Source: Myxococcota bacterium
Lineage (GTDB): Bacteria; Myxococcota; UBA4151
Assembly: GCA_036338695.1 (NCBI GenBank)
Contig: JAYZBQ010000030.1
Span: forward strand, 1-31,765
Direction: 5' to 3'
DNA length: 31,765 nt
Each line of letters starts with the position of its first letter. Position 1 is the stretch's first letter. Positions 8,829 through 15,483 of this stretch are shown here, in pieces. The translations under genes were made by a program, and so were the position numbers. The notes beneath the pieces were generated by a model. The model saw nothing but the letters and a program-made list of their open reading frames with translations, was not told the DNA's origin and made no database searches.

Positions 8829-9721
8829 ACAACGACAGGGTATTATGGCTCGATGGTCAGCTGGTTCCCGAGCGAGATGCACGCGCATCGCTGCTGGAGC
8901 ATGGGCTGCATTACGGCACGGGCGTGTTCGAAGGGATCCGTTGCTACGAGACGGCGGACGGTGCGGCGGTGTTTCGACTCGATGAGCACCTGGCGCGTAT
9001 GGAGCAGGGCGCTGAGGTCCTCGGGATGCGGCTCGATCGAGCGCAGCTCAAAGAGGCGGTCAAGCGGGTGCTGCAGGCGAACGCCCACCAGGAGGCTTAC
9101 ATTCGCCCGCTGGTCTTCTACGGCGCTGGGTCGCTCGGGTTGGACGTGGGGCCTGAGCTTCCCTCGCATGTGGTCGTCGCGACGATGCCGTGGTCGTCGC
9201 ACCTCGGGGACGCCGCCAAGCGGGACGGGATCCGCGTCAAGCGTACGGCGGTCAGGCGAGTCTCGGCGCGTGCGCTGCCCCCGCTGAAGCTGTGCGGCAC
9301 ATACGTCAATTCGGTGATCGCCAAGCGCAGCGCCACGCGCGAAGGCTTTGATGAAGCCTTGTTCGTCGATGACCTCGGCTGCGTCTGCGAGGCGACCGGT
9401 GAGAACGTCTTTATGGTCAAGGACGGTCAAGTGACCGCTGTCCGTCATGCAGACGCCCTGCCCGGTATTACGCGCCAGACCGTGATCGAGTTGACGCACG
9501 CTCAAGATCGACCGGTCACCTTCGCCGAGTTGCTCGACGCGGATGAGGTCTTCCTGACGGGGACCTCCGCAGAGATCACGCCGGTGCGTCAACTCGACGA
9601 GACCGTCAAGGCGGTCGGTCCGGTGACACGTCAGGTCCAGCAGCTCTATGATCGCGCCGTGCGAGGACAGCTCAACGGTCGTGAAGGCTGGCTCACGAGG
9701 GTGCAATCATGGGCTGCCTGA
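8825..9721 (+). CDS. ilvE: Branched-chain amino acid aminotransferase
   Basis: HGLHYGTGVFEGIR, FRLDEHLAR, YIRP, K..G.YVNS, EATGENVF, LPGITR and EVFLTGTSAEITPV. Confidence 0.95.
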   Translation: MNNDRVLWLDGQLVPERDARASLLEHGLHYGTGVFEGIRCYETADGAAVFRLDEHLARMEQGAEVLGMRLDRAQLKEAVKRVLQANAHQEAYIRPLVFYGAGSLGLDVGPELPSHVVVATMPWSSHLGDAAKRDGIRVKRTAVRRVSARALPPLKLCGTYVNSVIAKRSATREGFDEALFVDDLGCVCEATGENVFMVKDGQVTAVRHADALPGITRQTVIELTHAQDRPVTFAELLDADEVFLTGTSAEITPVRQLDETVKAVGPVTRQVQQLYDRAVRGQLNGREGWLTRVQSWAA

Positions 9722-10683
9722 GCAACCCGTCGGTCCGGCGCGCAAGCGATCGCTTACGGGGGCTGGTTCACGAGTCGCCGCTGCGGTTCGATCGCACCAA
9801 GGGCGCCTGGCTCAAGCTCGAGAGTCTCCAGCGGACCGGCTCATTCAAGGTGCGCGGCGCGCTGAACGCGATTCTTGCGCAGGCGGAGCGTGGCGCGCTT
9901 CGGCGCGTGGTCGCTGCCTCTGCAGGGAACCACGGGGCGGGGGTGGCTTGGGCGGCTCAGCACGTGGGCGTCCCCGCTGTCATCGTCGTCCCACTGAGCG
10001 CGCCCGAGGCGAAGTGTGCTCGCATCCGCCGGTATGGCGCAAAGATCGTTCGGCTGGGGCAGAATTTTGATGAGAGCCTCGATCATGCGCGTGCGCTGGC
10101 GCGCTCGAACGGCTGGCAGCTGATCCACGCCTTCGACGCGGCCGACGTGATCGCGGGGCAAGGGAGCATCGCTAGCGAGCTCAGCGCGCTTCGTCCTGAC
10201 GTGGTGGTGGTCCCTGTGGGCGGCGGCGGGCTTGCGTCGGGGATGGGGCTCGGCCTCGCATCGACAGGCGCTCGCTTGGTGGGGGTTCAGGTCATCGGCC
10301 TCGACGCTATGGCGCGCAGCTTGAGGCATCGACCGAGGCTGGCTCGACCCATGCCCTCCGTCGCCGACGGCCTCCGTGTCCGGCGAGTCGGCAGGCTTAC
10401 GCGTCAGCTCTGCGCTGAGCACCTCGAGCGGATCGTGATGGTGAGTGAGCAGGAGGTCTGCCGCGCCATGGCACAACTTAGCTTGGACCTCGGCTTGCGT
10501 GTCGAGGGCGCCGGCGCGGCCGTCTATGCGGCGCTTGATCGCGTGCAGGGCTCTCGTAAGTGCGCTGTGATCACGGGCGGCAACGTCGACGCAGCGGTGA
10601 TGCGGCACGCTTTGGAGCGCGCAGGACGAGCGACTCCGGCGGGTCGAATCGCCACGGCACAGCCGGTGGCGCTCGCAGGCTGA
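9709..10683 (+). CDS. ilvA: Threonine/serine dehydratase, catalytic domain only
   Basis: LKLESLQRTGSFKVRGA (PLP lysine), ASAGNH, PVGGGGL, EGAGA and ITGGNVD. No C-terminal ACT domain. Confidence 0.88.
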   Translation: MGCLSNPSVRRASDRLRGLVHESPLRFDRTKGAWLKLESLQRTGSFKVRGALNAILAQAERGALRRVVAASAGNHGAGVAWAAQHVGVPAVIVVPLSAPEAKCARIRRYGAKIVRLGQNFDESLDHARALARSNGWQLIHAFDAADVIAGQGSIASELSALRPDVVVVPVGGGGLASGMGLGLASTGARLVGVQVIGLDAMARSLRHRPRLARPMPSVADGLRVRRVGRLTRQLCAEHLERIVMVSEQEVCRAMAQLSLDLGLRVEGAGAAVYAALDRVQGSRKCAVITGGNVDAAVMRHALERAGRATPAGRIATAQPVALAG

Positions 10684-10695
10684 AGGGTTAAATGA

Positions 10696-10726
10696 AAGAG
10701 CCGCCCGGTCCCGGGCGGCTCTTCTT
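10696..10726. terminator. Likely bidirectional intrinsic terminator between the ilv operon and tRNA-Val
   Basis: Perfect inverted repeat AAGAGCCGCCCGG (10696-10708) / CCGGGCGGCTCTT (10711-10723) between convergent genes. Confidence 0.85.
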
Positions 10727-10800
10727 GGTTGGCGCGGGCGGTTTCGAACCGCCGACCCCTACGATGTCAACGTAGTGCTCTACCACTGAGCTACGCGCCA
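10726..10800 (-). tRNA. tRNA-Val(GAC), CCA encoded
   Basis: Reverse complement reads TGGCGCG TAGCTCAGTGGTAGAGC A CTACG TTGACAT CGTAG GGGTC GGCGG TTCGAAA CCGCC CGCGCCA A CCA: a full cloverleaf with anticodon GAC. Confidence 0.97.
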
Positions 10801-10818
10801 ACACATCTGGGTGAGCGG

Positions 10819-10847
10819 CGTCTACGGAGGGTTGATGGCGTTGTCAA
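10819..10847 (-). promoter_or_regulatory. Sigma70-type promoter for tRNA-Val
   Basis: TTGACA-N17-TAGACG on the minus strand, ending 18 nt before the tRNA 5' end. Confidence 0.7.
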
Positions 10848-10856
10848 CGACCTTAT

Positions 10857-13064
10857 TCAGGGGAGCCAACGCTCCATCCCGCGCAGCGCGTCGAGCACCA
10901 TCCCCATAATCGACGGACCGACCGAGTTGGTCTCCTCGTAGTGATCACCCTCAGCCTGCTCAAAGTAAGGGGCGGCCTCGTCGACCTTGAAGTCGTACGA
11001 GGGCACCAGGTAGCCGAGCTCATCGTTCCCGAGCCCCACGATCATCGTGTGCCGCGTGCCGTGCGTCAGCTCGCGCAGGTAGGGGCCGGCGGGCCCCGCT
11101 GCGAGGTCGGGTGGGTTCACGTTATCGGGTGAGACGATCGGCGTCCCTTCCGGGGTGTAGGGGTAGGGCGCCTTGAGCGCATCCACCACGACCACCTCTG
11201 GGAAGACCTCGCCCGGCACGGACAGCAAGGCGAGCGGCCCGATCGTGATCCGGTTCACCTCAGTGCGCGCGTGCGGCAAATTCATGGGGGTGCGCTCGTC
11301 GCCTGCGGTGATCAGCTCGTTCGGGTCGTACTGGTGGACCAACCGGTCAAAGAGTCCGAACAGCAGCGCAACGTGGAACTGGGTGTTGTGGATCGGGACG
11401 TCCATGCGCTTGGCGCGCACCGTCAACTCGGCGTTCTCGACCACCTCAGCGGCATCGCTGGCGAGGGCTTCAAGGCCGAGCTGCGCAAGCTTCTGACCCA
11501 TCACCTGAGCCGAGGCGAAGGAGCGCCGCTTGGTTGGGTTGCCTTCAAAGTCATCGATGTCGAGACGCAAGGGCGTCATCAGGCCGCCGACGGCGCCTTG
11601 TAGGTAGATGGCGACACCGCCTAAGCCTGGAAGGTTCGGCCGCCCTGCGCGCCCATCGAGACCGTTCTCGAGCGTGAGGCGGAGGTCGTGGGCGAAGTCC
11701 GATGACACCAGGTTGTTGACGTCCGCTAAGACCTCGGGGTGGTTACCCCAGTTGTAGACGGTGGCGATGGTCTCGTCGTTGCTGGCGCTGATCGCTTGGA
11801 GCAGGGTCGCGGTATCGTCTAGGACCTGAGGGTCTCGAGTGTCGCGCAGCAGCTGCTCGGTGCCGGTGCGAAAGGTGACGAGCTTGATCTTTGCGGCGGT
11901 GAGGTTGTTCATCGCCTCTTGGATCGCCTGCGCGGTCTGGTTTCGGATCAGCTCGATGTGGTCCGGGTTCACGCCGCTGCTGCGCGGCAGGACGTCGTTG
12001 ACGTTGGTGATCGGGCCCCACTGTCCCATCGAATCCGGGGCTTCGTGGACATGGGTCGCCGAGATGAGGATGTGATCGGGAGCCGCTGCGCCCATCTCCT
12101 CGCGGACGATGGCGCGGACGCGCTCGACGTCATCCCAGAAGAAGCCGACGAGATCGAGCGAGCAGATCACGACCGAGGTGTCGCCCCGCTCCACGGCGAA
12201 GCAGCGCGCCCAGATGGGATCGTGTACACCGAGGCTTGGGATGTTGGAGCCAAAGCCCGCTTGCCAGAGCCCGTCGTAACGACCATTCCCCTCACCCTCG
12301 TCCGGGCCCGGGTACGCGCCATCGTCGATCACGCCGTCAAAGTCGTCGTCGAGCCCGTTGTTCGCCAGCTCGCCCTCTTCGGGGACGTTGCCCGGACAGA
12401 GCCGGTCGTGACCGCAGTCATAAAACCAGTCCGGCGTCCCATCGCCCTCGCCCGGGTCGGCGCCGGGCCAACCGGCGTCTCCTTCGCACAGACCATCCAG
12501 ACCACAGTCGGTGCCGGGGAAGTCGTTGAACCGGGAGCGGAGCTCGCCGCAGCGAGGCTGGCGCGCCGCAGCGCTCCACACCAGCTGCTCGCCGTCCGAT
12601 AACCCCTCCAAGACGAGGTCATGAGCGTGCTCCGCGGCGCGCTCGAGCGCTGCCGTCAACTGCTCTCCTTGCAGGGTCACCGTGACCTCGTGGGCGTGCC
12701 CGAGGGTCTCGTCGGTCTGTAGTGTCAGCGTGCCTTGATCTCTCAGCTCAGCTTGTTGCGCCGAGGTCAGGCGGACTTGGTGCCGGTGCCCTGCGCCGAG
12801 CAGAGGCACACCCGGGTCACAGACCTCTGGGCGGCGGGCGTCCAAGTACGCCGTGTTGACGAGCTCGTAGGCGGTCGGAACGATCGAGCGCTTGGCGGCG
12901 CCGACCCGCAAGGTGCCGGCGGTCGCTCCGTCCTCGCACCCGGGTCCGGGGCAGGCGAAGTCAGGCGCAACGACCCCGAGCACGCTCGGCCCGGCGTCCT
13001 GCGCCAGCGGGACAGGCTTCGTGCACGCAGCCGCTGCGCCGATCAGGGCAACCCACAGGCGCAT
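10857..13064 (-). CDS. Lipoprotein with neutral/alkaline ceramidase-like hydrolase domain and Cys/Asp-rich inserts
   Basis: Lipobox AAAC. Motifs GVHDPIWAR, SATHVHEAPD, NWGNHPE, SSDF, QGAVGG, VPGEVFPE, GLGNDELGY and HYEETNSVG. Confidence 0.7.
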   Translation of the reverse strand: MRLWVALIGAAAACTKPVPLAQDAGPSVLGVVAPDFACPGPGCEDGATAGTLRVGAAKRSIVPTAYELVNTAYLDARRPEVCDPGVPLLGAGHRHQVRLTSAQQAELRDQGTLTLQTDETLGHAHEVTVTLQGEQLTAALERAAEHAHDLVLEGLSDGEQLVWSAAARQPRCGELRSRFNDFPGTDCGLDGLCEGDAGWPGADPGEGDGTPDWFYDCGHDRLCPGNVPEEGELANNGLDDDFDGVIDDGAYPGPDEGEGNGRYDGLWQAGFGSNIPSLGVHDPIWARCFAVERGDTSVVICSLDLVGFFWDDVERVRAIVREEMGAAAPDHILISATHVHEAPDSMGQWGPITNVNDVLPRSSGVNPDHIELIRNQTAQAIQEAMNNLTAAKIKLVTFRTGTEQLLRDTRDPQVLDDTATLLQAISASNDETIATVYNWGNHPEVLADVNNLVSSDFAHDLRLTLENGLDGRAGRPNLPGLGGVAIYLQGAVGGLMTPLRLDIDDFEGNPTKRRSFASAQVMGQKLAQLGLEALASDAAEVVENAELTVRAKRMDVPIHNTQFHVALLFGLFDRLVHQYDPNELITAGDERTPMNLPHARTEVNRITIGPLALLSVPGEVFPEVVVVDALKAPYPYTPEGTPIVSPDNVNPPDLAAGPAGPYLRELTHGTRHTMIVGLGNDELGYLVPSYDFKVDEAAPYFEQAEGDHYEETNSVGPSIMGMVLDALRGMERWLP

Positions 13065-14275
13065 TAGGGCATCAACCCATAGCGCATGGACAAGATCGTC
13101 ACCGAGTCAGGGTAGACGCGCACACGGCGGCCGCCGATCAGCTTAAGCGTGGAGCGGTCACCGGCGCGCTCGGTCACCAGGTCGCCCGCCTCGAGTCCGC
13201 CGCACTGGCAGTCCTCTTGATGGTCGTCGTCACAGACCTCGTTGTGCACGAAGGCGCCGACCAGCGCGTCCCCAGGCGGGTGGTTCAGCAGCACGTACGT
13301 GGCGTCGCCTTCGGTAGCGCGCTTGCGCGGGCTGGGGTACTCGCCTTGGAAGTAGCCGGTGCGGGTGCGCAAGCTGGCGCCGCTCGACGCGATCGCAGCC
13401 CCTGAGATCGCTTCGTCGTTGCAGTCTGAGATCCCGCCAGCGATCGCGCCGTTGCCTTCGCCATCGAGCAGATCGGCGTCCCCGTCGATCCGGCCCACAC
13501 CCGAGACGATCGGGATGGTCGTGTACGAGTTCTCGGTGATCGCAACGGCGGTGAGCATCGAGGTCGTTGCGGGGACGCAGACGCCGCGATGACAGGTGTC
13601 TTCGCCGCAGTCTTCAGCGCAGTCGCCGCGGGCTTCAACGCGCTCCAGCGTGACGCCGTACACCCAGGTGTCCACGAAGGGGAGGCGCAAGCGATCGTTG
13701 AGGTCGCGCTCTCCATTGCCGTTGATGTCACCGACGCGCACTCGCGCCACGATGGGTTGTCCCCCCGGCGCGTTGGGTAGGTGGACCATTCCACGGTTCT
13801 CGCACAGCTCGTCGCACAAGGCGCGCACCTTCTCGGTCATCGCTTCGTCGGCCGCTTCGATCTCATCACAGCCCACGACGGCGCCTTCGGTCGCTGGGGG
13901 CGTGCCGGAGCGGTCGCTGCCATCGTCTGCCCAGACGGAGACCTCGAGACCGACGACGGTCTCACCCGGTCCGAAGATGTCGACGCATGCCCACGCATCG
14001 AGCGGTTCAGAGATCACGCTCGGCTCATCATTGAGGCAGCTCAGATCCGGAAGCTCTGTGGTCTCACCGAGGCCGGGGAGAACCGGCCCGAGATCTTCGA
14101 TGGGCCAGACGACGTCGATCGACTCACCGTCGACCGTGACGGTGGTGGTGTGGTCGTACTGTAGGCACTCGGCCACGTTGTTTTGGGCGGTGCCCGCATC
14201 GACGGACGTCGAGGGCTCCTCAGCCGCTGTGCAGCCGGCGCAAAGCGCCGAGATGAACCATAAGCGTGATCGCAT
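13064..14275 (-). CDS. Hypothetical acidic, Cys-rich lipoprotein
   Basis: AGGAGG precedes ATG 14275. Signal MRSRLWFISALCAGC. DINGNG Ca-binding-like loop. Its stop overlaps the next start. Confidence 0.72.
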   Translation of the reverse strand: MRSRLWFISALCAGCTAAEEPSTSVDAGTAQNNVAECLQYDHTTTVTVDGESIDVVWPIEDLGPVLPGLGETTELPDLSCLNDEPSVISEPLDAWACVDIFGPGETVVGLEVSVWADDGSDRSGTPPATEGAVVGCDEIEAADEAMTEKVRALCDELCENRGMVHLPNAPGGQPIVARVRVGDINGNGERDLNDRLRLPFVDTWVYGVTLERVEARGDCAEDCGEDTCHRGVCVPATTSMLTAVAITENSYTTIPIVSGVGRIDGDADLLDGEGNGAIAGGISDCNDEAISGAAIASSGASLRTRTGYFQGEYPSPRKRATEGDATYVLLNHPPGDALVGAFVHNEVCDDDHQEDCQCGGLEAGDLVTERAGDRSTLKLIGGRRVRVYPDSVTILSMRYGLMP

Positions 14276-14336
14276 GTTCTGCTCCTCCTGAACTCGGGCG
14301 ATCTCCTTGTCCGAGCAGGGGGCTCGGGTCAACCGA

Positions 14337-14954
14337 TCAACGACCGACGCAGGCTTTATCACCCAGCAGACAGCGCTTGAGCAGGGCTCGCTCCGCAGGC
14401 GGACTCGAGCGCAGCAGGGTATGCCGAAGAGACTCCGCAATGCGCGGCGCAACGCCCGGCTGAGCGAGTCGCTGAGCCACGCTCTTGCGGAGGTCGGCTC
14501 GATCGGGCGCCAGCATCAGCGCGTTAAGGTCGCGCGCTGCAAATTGGTCGAACGGGGCGCGACCCAAGCTGCGCAGCAGCGTGGGGATCGACTCTTTACG
14601 CAGCCGTGTGACCCAGCGCCTCCAGACGCTGGGTGGATGCGCCCGCCACGCAGATGGCTCGAGTTCGATCCACTCGCGCGCCTGATCTTGGAGATACCAG
14701 CGCCCGGCGATCCGCCGAAAAGTCGCGAGACCAAAGCGCGCCTTGGCGGATGGCTTGTGCCCCGGCTGAATCCGAGCACTCTTGAGCGCCTCACCGTGGA
14801 GCGACATCTTGGGGTCGAAGGCCAGTTGTTGCCGCGTCTGACGGGTGATCTCGACCAGCGCGATCGATTCAGCCGAGCGCACACGGTGGATCAGCGGGCG
14901 ATACGGGGGGAGCACGTGCAGGAGCAGCGACAGCGATGCGGCGACGACGGTCAT
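14337..14954 (-). CDS. Hypothetical basic protein with a hydrophobic N-terminus
   Basis: ATG 14954 overlaps the dciA stop (ATGA). Begins MTVVAASLSLLLHVLPP. No recognisable motif. Confidence 0.5.
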   Translation of the reverse strand: MTVVAASLSLLLHVLPPYRPLIHRVRSAESIALVEITRQTRQQLAFDPKMSLHGEALKSARIQPGHKPSAKARFGLATFRRIAGRWYLQDQAREWIELEPSAWRAHPPSVWRRWVTRLRKESIPTLLRSLGRAPFDQFAARDLNALMLAPDRADLRKSVAQRLAQPGVAPRIAESLRHTLLRSSPPAERALLKRCLLGDKACVGR

Positions 14955-15283
14955 GATTCGGAGCTCGGCTCGCCGACCATCACCTTGATGCGTTGCGGCT
15001 CCGTCTTGAGCTCGCAGAGGGTTTTGAGGTCGTGTAAGATCCTGCTCTCGAAAGCCTGCGCCCTCCGGACCCAACTCCCGTCGCGAACGCGTAAGTAGAC
15101 GACGCCTGCGCGCACGCCCAAAAACGTGACGTGCCCCGAAAAGCGCTGCGCATAGAGCTCGTCAAAAATGCGCCGACACTTCGCCTGTTCCGCGAAGTCG
15201 TCCATCCCCAGCCGCTCGAGGAGCAACCGAGCCGCCTCTCCGAGCGACTGTCGACCGCTGCGCCCTCTGCGCCGATAGCCCAC
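14951..15283 (-). CDS. dciA: DUF721/DciA family protein
   Basis: 110 aa with the family pattern SLGE..LL..LG, GVVYLRV.DGSW, RIL..L and RIKV.VG. Confidence 0.7.
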   Translation of the reverse strand: MGYRRRGRSGRQSLGEAARLLLERLGMDDFAEQAKCRRIFDELYAQRFSGHVTFLGVRAGVVYLRVRDGSWVRRAQAFESRILHDLKTLCELKTEPQRIKVMVGEPSSES

Positions 15284-15351
15284 GCTGACGACCCTCCCAC
15301 GCGCCTGGCCTAAACCTTCCTGGAGCCACCTTCAAGCGGTCTCGATGCCGT

Positions 15352-15380
15352 TTGACACCCTTGACCGCGCTGGCTACACC
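15352..15380 (+). promoter_or_regulatory. Candidate sigma70 promoter for the large lipoprotein gene
   Basis: TTGACA-N17-TACACC in the divergent intergenic region. Confidence 0.5.
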
Positions 15381-15483
15381 CCCGCAGCGGCGAGACCCCA
15401 TGACACTCAAGTGATGTTGTGCGCGTGAAAGGGTCCTCCGCTTCGTGTAGTGTCTAGATCGTTAGAGTTGGAGAAGGAACTCA

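Noticed and set aside
3778..10725. Intact tRNA-integrated mobile element
   Set aside because: No integrase, transposase or duplicated tRNA 3' end was found.
10729..10941. 70-aa ORF
   Set aside because: It is antisense to tRNA-Val.
14307..15098. 263-aa plus-strand ORF
   Set aside because: TTG start, antisense overlap with dciA and no motif. The minus-strand ORF is coupled to dciA. Not fully excluded.
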